Shown in pieces: positions 10,276 through 19,514 of a stretch of 64,000 nucleotides of DNA (position 1 is its first letter; the number at the start of each line of letters is the position of its first letter). The notes beneath the pieces were generated by a model that did no database searches, was not told the origin of the DNA, and saw nothing but the letters and a program-made list of their open reading frames with translations. This DNA is from an uncultured Actinomycetota bacterium (GTDB taxonomy: Bacteria; Actinomycetota; Thermoleophilia; Solirubrobacterales; Solirubrobacteraceae): the NCBI GenBank assembly GCA_963758705.1, contig CAVWWN010000023.1, positions 542,050 to 606,049 of the forward strand, given 5' to 3'. Position numbers and translations under genes: made by a program.

Positions 10276-11576
10276 GCCGCCAGCGCACCCGCGCTACGCG
10301 CCAGCACCACGTTGCGCACGGCCTGCTCGAATTGGCGTCCCGCCTGCTCCCAGGTCGTCGACCGCACGCTCTCAGCGGCTGCGATGGCGCCGCGATTGCG
10401 CTCGTCGGCTGGACGGTCCACCAGTTTGCGCAGCGTGTCGGCCAGGTGAAACGGCGTCGCCGGGCTGTAGGCGATGTGCGAATTGTCGAGGACGAGGCGG
10501 TTGTGCTCGGCGTCGTTGACCACCGGGACGCAGCCCGCGCCGAGCATCTCGTGCGGGACCAACGACGAGTTGGTCGCCGACAGGCACAGCCCCGCGATAC
10601 ACCGGTTGTAGAGCGTGTTGAGCTCCGTGGCGTTGAGCAGGCCGTGATCGGTGACCCGGAACGAGGGCTTGCCCGCCGGCCGGCCGAAGAGGTGGATCTC
10701 GACGTCGGGGCACATCTCGGAGAACAGGTCCAGCGCCATCATCGCCAGCTCGTAGGCACGGCGCGGCGTGCCGGGGCGGCAGTAGTAGCAGATGCCGCTG
10801 CGACCGCTGCCCACGTCGTCGGGCCGCTGCAGCCGATAGTGATCCAGGTCGCAGCCGAAGTCGAAGTAGTCGGTGCTCATCCCGTACTCCCGGTGCAGCT
10901 TGCGCGCCAGCCACTTGCCCGCCGTCACGCCGTGGAACCCGAAGCTGTACGTGGCCTCGGCGAGCAGAGACTCGCTGCCGGCGGCGTAGAAGAGCGGCTC
11001 GAAGTCCTGAACGAAGTAGCACCGAGCCCCGGCGGCCGGCGAGGCCAGCGCGGGATAGGCCGTCTCCCAACTGGTGGCGAACACCGCATGGGCGTCCTCG
11101 ATGCCGTCGCGCAGGCTGCGCACCTGCGCGTTGATGTGAGGCCACCCGCTGCGGACGGTGGCGACGTGCTGCTCCATCGACCATCCGTGACGGTCGTACA
11201 GGTACATGACGCAGTTGTGCCCAGCCTTTTCCAGCGCGTCGACCATCCGGAACATCGTCTGGTGGCCCCCGACGCCGGGGTGCGGGGGGACAGCGATCCA
11301 GGCAACGGTCATCGGCTCAGAGGCGGTGTACGGGGCGGGACCAGGCAGCACCCAGCCGCCGGCTGCGATCTCGGCAGCGCGCACGAGGTCCTCGCGCGAG
11401 ACGGCGACCTGGCCGTAGCCCGAGGGCGTCAGCGTCACCGCGGCGCGGCTCAGCAGCCGCGCGGCCACGCCGGAGGCACCCTCGGAGCGCATCAGCCGCG
11501 CGGTCTGACGCAGCCTCTGCGCCGCCGATGCCTCCACCCCACCGCTGTTGGGACGATTGCGCTTCAAGGATCTCAC
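10272..11576 (-). CDS. Glycosyltransferase, WsaF-like/GT-B
   Basis: 434 aa. The YFVQDFEPLFYAAGSE block and the C-terminal GT-B half (LSATNSSLVPHEMLGAGCVPVVND) resemble WsaF-type rhamnosyltransferases as I remember them. GTGA overlap with the upstream gene. Confidence 0.65.
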   Translation of the reverse strand: MRSLKRNRPNSGGVEASAAQRLRQTARLMRSEGASGVAARLLSRAAVTLTPSGYGQVAVSREDLVRAAEIAAGGWVLPGPAPYTASEPMTVAWIAVPPHPGVGGHQTMFRMVDALEKAGHNCVMYLYDRHGWSMEQHVATVRSGWPHINAQVRSLRDGIEDAHAVFATSWETAYPALASPAAGARCYFVQDFEPLFYAAGSESLLAEATYSFGFHGVTAGKWLARKLHREYGMSTDYFDFGCDLDHYRLQRPDDVGSGRSGICYYCRPGTPRRAYELAMMALDLFSEMCPDVEIHLFGRPAGKPSFRVTDHGLLNATELNTLYNRCIAGLCLSATNSSLVPHEMLGAGCVPVVNDAEHNRLVLDNSHIAYSPATPFHLADTLRKLVDRPADERNRGAIAAAESVRSTTWEQAGRQFEQAVRNVVLARSAGALAA

Positions 11577-12289
11577 GACGATGCGACCTCCTGTGAACGC
11601 CGGCGCACCGGGCGCAGGCCCCGCATCCGGTCGATGGTGATGGTGAGCGCCATCCCGAGGGCGAACACCGCGATGAACATCTCGGCCTCGTGGCTGATGC
11701 TCCGTTTGGCGGCCGCGACCGCGCGGCCGCCGTGACCGAGTTGAACGACCGCCAGGCCGAAGCCGCCCGGCCGCTGGAGCTTGTTCTCCAGCGCGATGAC
11801 GGACATGTCCGCAAGCTTGCGCGCGGCCTGCTCGGTCGGCGCGTGTGCGTAGACGTCCAGCATCGGGATGTTGGGCCGGGGCGCCAGCGTCACCGAATAC
11901 GGGGCGATCCGTTCCGCGACGGGAAGCGCCGGCAGGATCGGATCCTGGGGATCGTCCACGGACAGCGCCGAGACCGGGATCCCCATCAGTCGCGCCAACT
12001 CGGCGCGGGCGTCGCGCCCGACCAGAACCGTGCCCGCGAGCATGGCGCCGTTGTCCAGGTCCGAGATGCTGTCCATGTCGAACGCGTTCTGAAGGACGCT
12101 CGTCTTACGGTCATCGATGAGGATCTGCGTATGAGCGCCCGCCCCCTCGGCCTTCTTGGTGATACCGGGCGGGAGCAGCTTGAGGTTGTAAGAGGCGGAT
12201 ATCACGACAAGTACGGCTACCAGCAGGCTTGCCACCAGGCCGATCTGCAGCACACGCGACGCGCGTAGGGTTGTCCCGAGCCGGGTCAT
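11573..12289 (-). CDS. Bitopic membrane protein, PCP/Wzz-like (paralog 3 of 3); first gene of the minus-strand operon
   Basis: Track ORF 11573..12298 starts at TTG; I prefer the ATG three codons in (MTRLGTT...). N-terminal TM QIGLVASLLVAVLVVISASY, then LLPPG...ILIDD...ELARLMGIPVSALSV, then a C-terminal TM. Confidence 0.55.
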   Translation of the reverse strand: MTRLGTTLRASRVLQIGLVASLLVAVLVVISASYNLKLLPPGITKKAEGAGAHTQILIDDRKTSVLQNAFDMDSISDLDNGAMLAGTVLVGRDARAELARLMGIPVSALSVDDPQDPILPALPVAERIAPYSVTLAPRPNIPMLDVYAHAPTEQAARKLADMSVIALENKLQRPGGFGLAVVQLGHGGRAVAAAKRSISHEAEMFIAVFALGMALTITIDRMRGLRPVRRRSQEVASS

Positions 12290-12374
12290 CTCTGCCAATC
12301 AACGGGGCGCGTCCGGCCCGGCTTTCGTCGAACGGGCCAGCAAGAGCGAGCCGTCTCCGCCCGTTTCTCCTCAG

Positions 12375-14015
12375 ATGAGCACACGCGCGCCCGCGATAGT
12401 CGACGTCTTTCCCGGCTCGGCGTTGGCCAGCCGGCCGCGCCTGTTCGCGGCGCTCGCGGAGGCGCTGCCGGTGACGTTTCGCGAGTCCTCGCCGCACCGC
12501 GATGACGCCGCCGGTCTCATCGTGCTGGCAGACGACGCCGACCTCGAGTGGGACCGGTCGCTGCGGCGTGGGAACATTCCGGTCCTCGTCGTCGGCGGCG
12601 ATCCGGCCGCCGCCACTTCGGAGCGCACGGAGATCACGCTGTCGGGCGCCGGGGAGCTTGATCCCACGCTGCGGGGAATCACCCTACGGGACCGCCCGGT
12701 GGGACGAAACACAGTATCTCAACCTCAGCCTGAGGATGAGATCGTGCTCGCATCCGCCGACTCTGGGCCGGTCTGGACGCTGTCAGCCGGGTCGGCGCCC
12801 GTCCACCGCGTCCGCTCGGTGCTCACGGAGCTCGACGCCGATCACGTCTTGTGGTCACTGCTATCGCGCCGGGCGATCGCCGCGGTCGCGGTGGTTCAGT
12901 TCCTGCGTTCCGTGACCCACGAGGACATGTCGCGACCCGTTCTCCGGGCGACGTTCATGTTCGACGATCCGAACCTTCGCTGGCGCAGCTATGGCTTCGT
13001 CCAGTACCAGCGGCTGGTGGCCCACGCCGACGAACACGGTTACCACGTGGCGATGGCAATGGTCCCGCTGGACGCCGGTCGCGTCCACTCGGCGACGGCC
13101 TCGCTGTTCGCATCGCGGCGGGACCGCCTGTCGGTGCTCATTCACGGCAACGACCACGTCCATCAGGAACTTTGGTCGCTCAGCGATCCCGACCGGGCGC
13201 TGTCAGTCGCCGCCCAGGCGCGGCGCCGGATCATCGGCTTTGAACGGCGCACCGGCGTCCCGGTCGACCGGGTGATGACCCCGCCGCATGGGCTCTGCTC
13301 GCGCGAAATGGCCCGGGCGCTCACCTCCGTTGGGTTCGAGGCGATCTGCGCCGAGCACCCCATGCCCTGGACCGACGAGCTCCCCGCCGATCGGCTGATG
13401 GCGGCATGGCGGCCCGCCGACTTCGTCGAGGGCTCCGTGGTCATCCCGCGTATGCCCCTCGGATCCTCGGACGCCAGCATCGCGCTGCGCGCCTTCCTCC
13501 GCCAGCCGCTTGTCATCTACGGCCATCACGGCGATCTCGCCGACGGGCTGGACCGCCTCGCCGCCGTCGCAACCCTCGTCAACGCGATGGGCGATGTGCG
13601 CTGGATGCCCATGGCCGACATCGCGCTGACCAATCGTGAGGTGACGATCAGCGGCGATACCGCGACCGTGCGGCCTCACTCCCGCCGCGTCCGCGTCGAT
13701 CTCCCGCCCGAGGTGACGGCCATCACCGTCGATCAGCCGGTGGACCTGGTCGCCGACAACCCGTTCGCAGGCTGGTCGAGCCGGGTCGGAGCCATCCATC
13801 CGTTCGGACAGCGAACTACCGTCTCGGCCCCGGGACAGCTCGAGGTCGTGCTGCACGGGAACTCCGGTATCGACCCCGAGTCGGTTGCGCCCCCGCCCTG
13901 GCGACCGTGGCCACGTCTGCGGCGCGGCGCGGCCGAGGCGCGCGACCGCGCGCTGCCCCTGGTCAGCGCGGCCAGATCGGCGGCCGTCACGCACGGGCGG
14001 GGCGCACCACGCTAG
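12375..14015 (+). CDS. Hypothetical protein, possibly with a polysaccharide-deacetylase-like (NodB/DUF2334-like) core
   Basis: 546 aa with high GC3, divergent from the glycan operon. The central segment ATFMFDDPNLRWRSYGF...HVAMAMVPLD...LIHGNDHVHQE recalls a metal-dependent deacetylase fold. This is a weak call made from memory only. Confidence 0.5.
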   Translation: MSTRAPAIVDVFPGSALASRPRLFAALAEALPVTFRESSPHRDDAAGLIVLADDADLEWDRSLRRGNIPVLVVGGDPAAATSERTEITLSGAGELDPTLRGITLRDRPVGRNTVSQPQPEDEIVLASADSGPVWTLSAGSAPVHRVRSVLTELDADHVLWSLLSRRAIAAVAVVQFLRSVTHEDMSRPVLRATFMFDDPNLRWRSYGFVQYQRLVAHADEHGYHVAMAMVPLDAGRVHSATASLFASRRDRLSVLIHGNDHVHQELWSLSDPDRALSVAAQARRRIIGFERRTGVPVDRVMTPPHGLCSREMARALTSVGFEAICAEHPMPWTDELPADRLMAAWRPADFVEGSVVIPRMPLGSSDASIALRAFLRQPLVIYGHHGDLADGLDRLAAVATLVNAMGDVRWMPMADIALTNREVTISGDTATVRPHSRRVRVDLPPEVTAITVDQPVDLVADNPFAGWSSRVGAIHPFGQRTTVSAPGQLEVVLHGNSGIDPESVAPPPWRPWPRLRRGAAEARDRALPLVSAARSAAVTHGRGAPR

Positions 14016-14025
14016 AGTCGACTCG

Positions 14026-15537
14026 ATGCCCAGGAAGGGGATCGCCGGTGAAGACAGAAGGCGCGCAGTGATCCGGAAGGCAACGAGTGCCGTCTCTCGG
14101 AAGCGAACCGCGTTGCTGCTGGTGGCCGTCACCGCCACCGCAGCGGGGATCGGAGTCGCCAGCGCGCGGACAGACCACGCGCCGATGCTCCTCGGTTCAC
14201 ACAGGGCCAATGACGCCGTCCGGGGCCAGCGCGCCGACCGCGCGGTGGCCTTCCGCTTCAAGGCGTCCCACGCCGGCCTGGCCGGAGCGATCTGGATCTA
14301 CCTGGCCCGCCCGACGCGGGCTAGCACCGTGCGAGCGGCCCTCTACTCCAGCGACTCCGGACACCCGCACACGCGTCTGACCTCCGGAGTCGTCCGCCAT
14401 TTCAAGGATCGTCGCTGGGTGCGCATTGCGCTCGGAGCGGCGCGCCTGCATTCCGGGGCGACGTACTGGCTCGCCCTCATGGGCTCCAGCGGCCGTCTTG
14501 CCTATCGAATCGGCGACAGCGGTGCATGTGGTGATCGCATTGCCAGCATCGGCGGCAAGGGCGCGCTCCCGCGGCGCTGGCCGACCACCGCCACCCGCTC
14601 CGGCTGCCGTCCGGCTGTCTATCTGAACGCGCTCCCCGCCGAGAGCGGGGCGCCGGGCGCCTCGCCGCCGCCACCGCCGATCTCCCCCCCGCCGAGCACG
14701 ACGACAACCACCACGACCACCACGCCGGCAAATCCGGGCACGCAGAAGAACTGCATCAACGTGCCGAGCGCCTGCGGGTATCCGGACCAGACGAACTCGG
14801 GCGTTCCGGCAGGGACCCCGCTCACCGCAAGGACGGGCAACATCGTGGTGAGCACTCCCGGCGCGACAATCTCGGGGATCTCGCTCACCGGCGGCGACAT
14901 CGAGGTCACCGCCAACAACGTGACGATCAAGAACGTGAGCGTCACCAACGGCGGCCAGGATTCGAGCGACATACACATCGACTCGGGCGTCACGGGCACC
15001 ACGATCCAGGACTCCACGCTGTCGGGCACGGGCTCGGGCATCGCCTATGCGGTCTCCAACGGCGGTGGATCCCCGAACACCGGGACGGGCCTCTACATGA
15101 CCAACTGCGGCGAGTGCTGGAACGGCAACGGAACGCTCCAGGACTCCTACGCACTGGTCAGCGCCAACATCTCCGGCGCGCATTACGAGGCGGTCTACGT
15201 CCCCGGCGGGACGACTACCCCGACCGTCCTGGAGCACGACACCCTGCTCAATCCGCACGATCAGACGGCCGGCATCTTCGGTGACGATCATGCCTGGGGC
15301 CCGATGCACAACGTCACCATCGACAGCAACCTGGTCGCCGATGGCGGCGACAACGGTGCGATCGTCACCGGGTGCAACGGGGACGGCAACACGGGCATGG
15401 TCGTCACCAATAACCGCCTGTCCTACACGTACGCCGCCTCGATGTCCGTGGGCAGTTCCAACGTGCCCGCCACGACGTGGAAGAACAACGTACGTGACGA
15501 CACGCTGAAGGTCGTCAACGCGACCTCGGTCTGCTGA
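14026..15537 (+). CDS. Secreted protein: N-terminal domain, Pro/Thr linker and right-handed parallel beta-helix domain
   Basis: Start moved to M48 of the track ORF, directly after the stop of the upstream gene. Signal-like N-terminus RKRTALLLVAVTATAAGIGVASA. Linker PPPPPISPPPSTTTTTTTTTP. Repeats of the type VTANNVTIKNVSVTNGG / IDSGVTGTTIQDSTLSG / VTIDSNLVADGG are typical of pectate-lyase-fold proteins. Confidence 0.65.
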   Translation: MPRKGIAGEDRRRAVIRKATSAVSRKRTALLLVAVTATAAGIGVASARTDHAPMLLGSHRANDAVRGQRADRAVAFRFKASHAGLAGAIWIYLARPTRASTVRAALYSSDSGHPHTRLTSGVVRHFKDRRWVRIALGAARLHSGATYWLALMGSSGRLAYRIGDSGACGDRIASIGGKGALPRRWPTTATRSGCRPAVYLNALPAESGAPGASPPPPPISPPPSTTTTTTTTTPANPGTQKNCINVPSACGYPDQTNSGVPAGTPLTARTGNIVVSTPGATISGISLTGGDIEVTANNVTIKNVSVTNGGQDSSDIHIDSGVTGTTIQDSTLSGTGSGIAYAVSNGGGSPNTGTGLYMTNCGECWNGNGTLQDSYALVSANISGAHYEAVYVPGGTTTPTVLEHDTLLNPHDQTAGIFGDDHAWGPMHNVTIDSNLVADGGDNGAIVTGCNGDGNTGMVVTNNRLSYTYAASMSVGSSNVPATTWKNNVRDDTLKVVNATSVC

Positions 15538-15577
15538 GCCGCACCCTCCCTCACGGCCGTAGTCGCCGCGGCACTCT

Positions 15578-15600
15578 CTCACCCTCAACTCGAGGGTGAG
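15578..15600. terminator. Candidate bidirectional hairpin terminator between convergent genes
   Basis: Perfect 9-bp stem ctcaccctc/gagggtgag with a 5-nt loop in the 85-nt gap between the stops at 15537 (+) and 15623 (-). There is no clear U-tract. Confidence 0.4.
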
Positions 15601-15622
15601 GATGGTGTGCGAATCCCCAGGC

Positions 15623-16666
15623 TCAGCGGGATGAGGCAGTAGCCGGAGCGGGCTCCGGCGTGGCGGCGTCAGCCGCGGCCTTCTTGGCGGGCCCCACCGG
15701 AGGTCCGATCCACTGTGCCGAGGGCGGCGGGGCGCAGAACGGCGCCGCGTCCCGGCCCAGGATCGCGCCGAGGGCCCGGCCGGCGGCGCGGCGGCGTGCC
15801 TCGCCCTTGTCCGGGCCGCGCCCGGGCATATAGGCCCGCAGGCTGTGACGGACGGCGATCGCCGAGAGATAGAGCGTGCGGTGCGCCGGTGAGAAGTGCT
15901 TGAAGGCGTACTGACGCCGCGCGAAGGCGTCCTGAGCCGCCATGCGCGGGTCGCGCCCCGCCTTGCCGGCGTGATGGATGATCGTCATCAGCGGCAGGTG
16001 GCGGACCGTCCAGCCGGCACGGCGCATCCGCAGGCACAGGTCGGGTTCCTCGCACTGCAGGAAGAAGCGCTCGTCCATCGTGCCGGCGCTGTTTAGGGCC
16101 TCGCGGCGAGCGATCATGAAGGCGCCGACGGTCCAGTCACATTCCTGCTCGTGGTCGTAGAGGTCCATGTCGATGATCCGCTCCCCCGCCCAGGCGGGCT
16201 GGCTGGGCCACTGCTCGCACCGCATCGCCTCCCCGAACGCGCGCAGCGCGTTGGGGAAGCGGCGCATCGAGGGATACAGCGACCCGTCGCCCATGATCTG
16301 GCGGACACCGGCCAAGCCGACGCCGGGACGCGCGTCCATGGCATCGACGAGCTCGCCGAACGTCCCGTCCACGATCTCGGTGTCGGGGTTGAGGAATAGG
16401 CCGTACCGTGCGTTGGCATGCTCCCAGCCGCGGTTGTTGGCGTAGCCGAAGCCGCCGTTGTGGGAGGTGACGACCCGCGCCTGCGGAAACTCGGTCTCCA
16501 CGAACTCGCGTGTGCCGTCGGTCGAGTGGTTGTCGACCACGATCACGTCCAGCTTGGCGGTGCCCGCGCGCGCGAACACCGTCGAGAGGCACGGGCCCAG
16601 CCAGTGCCTCTCGTTGGTGGAGATGATGATGATTGCCAGGTCGCGCCTGGCCTCGTCGGTCACCAT
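15623..16666 (-). CDS. Family-2 glycosyltransferase
   Basis: 347 aa. Motifs: LAIIIISTNERHWLGPCLSTV, VIVVDNHSTDGT, GGFGYANNRG, FLNPDTE. Confidence 0.85.
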   Translation of the reverse strand: MVTDEARRDLAIIIISTNERHWLGPCLSTVFARAGTAKLDVIVVDNHSTDGTREFVETEFPQARVVTSHNGGFGYANNRGWEHANARYGLFLNPDTEIVDGTFGELVDAMDARPGVGLAGVRQIMGDGSLYPSMRRFPNALRAFGEAMRCEQWPSQPAWAGERIIDMDLYDHEQECDWTVGAFMIARREALNSAGTMDERFFLQCEEPDLCLRMRRAGWTVRHLPLMTIIHHAGKAGRDPRMAAQDAFARRQYAFKHFSPAHRTLYLSAIAVRHSLRAYMPGRGPDKGEARRRAAGRALGAILGRDAAPFCAPPPSAQWIGPPVGPAKKAAADAATPEPAPATASSR

Positions 16667-16735
16667 CGTCGCGTCCCTTCCCCTCAGACTCGGGCGACCG
16701 CCGGCCCCAGCCGGAACGGCAGGTGGTCGGCGATG

Positions 16736-17269
16736 TCAGCTCAGATGGGGCGCCGTCGCGTCGCGGTTGGACGGGATCAGCTCCTCCGGAGGCAGCGGCC
16801 ACTCGATCCCCACGTCGGGGTCGTTGTAGGCGATCCCGCGCTCGGTCTCATCGGCGTAGTAGTTGCTCTGCTTGTACATGACGTCCGCGTACGTCGCTGA
16901 TCACGCAGAAGCCGTGAGCGAAGCCGACCGGGCAGTACGCCATGTGCATGTTCTCCTCGGTGAGCTCGAAGCCCTCCCACTGGCCGAACGTGGGCGAGCC
17001 GACACGCAGGTCGACGACGACGTCGTAGATCGCGCCCGGCGGCGCAGCGCACGAGCTTGGCCGCGCCCGTGCCGATCTGGAAGTGCATGCCGCGCACGAT
17101 CCCGTGGCTGGAACGCGAGTGGTTGTCCTGCACCATCTCCTCGGGGATGCCCAGCTCGGTGAAGGCCGCGCGCCGGTAGGTCTCGCAGAAGAACCCGCGC
17201 TCGTCGCCGAGCATGCGCGGGGCGATCAGCATCGGTCCGTCCAGGCGTGTCTGAAGAAGTCTCCATCAT
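16736..17269 (-). CDS. rmlC: dTDP-4-dehydrorhamnose 3,5-epimerase, broken by 3 frameshifts in this sequence
   Basis: Joining three frames gives MMETS(F)QTRLDGPMLIAPRMLGDERGFFCETY...VQDNHSRSSHGIVRGMHFQ...AKLVRCAAG / AIYDVVVDLRVGSPTFGQWEGFELTEENMHMAYCPVGFAHGFCVISD / ADVMYKQSNYYADETERGIAYNDPDVGIEWP...APHLS*. Breaks lie near 17250, 17035 and 16895. A GAGGAA SD precedes the ATG. Confidence 0.8.
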
Positions 17270-17279
17270 CGTTCCTCGT

Positions 17280-18162
17280 CTAGTTGGTCAGCGCCGCCTG
17301 CACGGCGAGCCCCGCACGATCCATGTAATCAGTGAGCGCCTCGTCCCAGGGACGCAGCGCAGGCAGGCCCAGCGCATCCGCGCGCGGACGGGCCAGGACA
17401 CCGTTCAGCGGGCGGTCGGCGCCACCCGGCGCGATGGTGGTCGAGACGGGCTCGACCGGCACATCGAGACCGGCGCGCTGCATGATCGCCTCGGTGAACT
17501 CGATGCCACGAGCAGGCGCCCGACGACGTGAGATGGACGAGCCCCTCGGCGCCGGCCTCGACGGCCGCGAGGATCGCCGCGGCCAGGTCGGCGGTGAAGG
17601 TCGGCTGCAGCCGCTGGTCGGCGACCATCCGCAGCTGGGCGGGCCGGGACCGCTTGCACGTGCGCGGGCGATCATCCGCTGCACGAAGTTGCCGCCCTTG
17701 CTGGCGCTCCCGTGCATGCCGTACAGGCCGCCCGTGCGCACGACCAGCGCGCGCGACGCGTAGGCGAGCGCGGCGTATTCGCCGGCGAGCTTGGTCAGCG
17801 CGTAGACCGAGCGCGGCGTCGGGAGGTCGTCCTCGGCGTAGGGCGCCGGCACGGCGCCCGTCGAAGACGTAGTTGGTCGAGATGTGGACCAAGCCGCGGG
17901 CTGCGCGAGCGCCAGCTCGCGCACCGCCTCCACGTTGACCTCGCCACGAGCCGCTCGGCGCTCGGCCTCGCACACGTCGACGTTGTGGAACGCGGCGCAG
18001 TTGAAGACCACCTCGGGGTCGACCTCGTCGAACGCCCGCTCCAGCGCGTCGGCGTCGGAGATGTCGAGCTCTGCGTGGCTGTACGACGCGCGCTCGTCGC
18101 CGAGCAGCGCCTGCGAGGTCGGAGGCGAGCTGGCCCCCGCCTCCGGTGATCAGCGCCCTCAT
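17280..18162 (-). CDS. rmlD: dTDP-4-dehydrorhamnose reductase, broken by at least 5 frameshifts in this sequence
   Basis: The reading alternates between two frames: MRALITGGGGQLASDL / LLGDERASYSHAELDISDADALERAFDEVDPEVVFNCAAFHNVD / GLVHISTNYVFDG / PYAEDDLPTPRSVYALTKLAGEYAAL...GGNFVQRMI / LRMVADQRLQPTFTADLAAAIL...LVHLTSSGACSW / EFTEAIMQRAGLDV... ATGA overlap with the upstream epimerase. Confidence 0.8.
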
Positions 18163-19383
18163 AGAACCGTTGCGAACGAGTCGACGACCGGCTTGACCTC
18201 GTGCAGCAGCTCCAGCCAGCGGATGTTGTAGCGACGCGCGGGTCGGTGAGGAGCACGCGGTCGTCCGGAGTCGATCTTGCGCCAGCAGGTCGGTGACCGC
18301 CTCGAGCACCGACCGGCGCGGGATGAAGCCCAGCGTCGTCGAGAGCTTGGCGTTGGCGCACTCGTAGTTGCGGGTCGAGCTCGAGCGCGGGCACCTCCTC
18401 GAGCGCGGACCTCGCGACCGGTGAGCTGCACCGAGCCGGCGACGATCATCGCGAGCTCGCGGATCTGGTAGTTGGAGTGCACGACGTTGAAGATCTCGCC
18501 GCGCACCTTCTCGGCCGGCGCCTCGTAGGCGGCGATCATCGCGTCGGCGCAGTCGCGGATGTCCACCAGCGGACGCCACATCCAGCCGCCGCCGTGGAGC
18601 TTGAGGGCGCCGCCGAGCAGGGCGTCCTTGACGAACGTGTTGACCACGAGGTCAAAGCGCATGCGCGGGCTCCAGCCGTAGACGGTGCCGTTGCGCAGGA
18701 TGACCGGGCACAGGCCCTCGTCGGCCAGCTCGAGCAGCTGCTTCCTCGCCGTAGCGCTTGGAGGTGGCATAGGCGGCGCGCGGCTGGACGTCGGCGATCC
18801 TCGCCGTGCATTCCCGGGGGCAGGCCGTCATACAGCGAGCACGAGGACGCGAACACGTAGCGCTCGATCCCGCGCGTCGACGCACTCCTGCCCGAGCGTG
18901 CTCGGTGGCGATCGCGTTCATCTGCCAGTTCGCCTCGGGGTTGAACTCCGCCGTCGGGTCGTTGCTGAGGCCCGACAGGTTGATGACGCCGTCGACGCCG
19001 TCGAAGGCGGACGACGGGATGTCGCGAACGTCCGCGACAACGAGCTCGATGCGATCCCGCACCGCGGCCAGAGAGTCCTCGCCGAAGTACAGGCGATCCA
19101 GTACGCGGACCCGGTAGCCGCGGTCCAGAAGACGCGGGACCAGGACCGATCCGATGTATCCGGCCCCCCCGGCGACCAGGATGAGCTGGTCCGGGTTGGG
19201 AGCCTTCGCCGCCAAGCCGTTGCAGCGCTCTTCGGTCAGCGAAGGGTTCGTGATGTGGTGGCCGTTCAGTGCGGCCTTGCCGTTGGCCTGATGGCCGTTG
19301 GTCGACGCTTGACCGTTGGTCGCGTCACCGTCTGCGGCCGAATGGCCGTTGCTGCCGTTGAGGTGCTGCCCGAAGTCGTTCAT
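18159..19383 (-). CDS. NAD-dependent epimerase/dehydratase (extended SDR), broken by at least 5 frameshifts; carries an Asn/Gly/His-rich N-terminal extension
   Basis: Segments in three frames: LILVAGGAGYIGSVLVPRLLDRGYRVRVLD...NLSGLSNDP / FASSCSLYDG / AAYATSKRYGEE / LCPVILRNGTVYGWSPRMRFDLVVNTFV...WRPLVDIRDCADA / NYECANAKLSTTLGFIPRRSVLEAV / YNIRWLELLHE. The start is uncertain: ATG at 19383, or an internal TTG near 19213. Confidence 0.7.
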
Positions 19384-19514
19384 ACGCCCAAGCAACGCCG
19401 CCACCAATCCCGTACTTGCGCCCCCCTTCTCCACGCCGGATTCCGAGCCCGCCTCGGCCCTCGCGTGTCAGTTGACGCGCGCGCGGTGCGTTGATCGGCA
19501 GGAGGCTAACCGAC

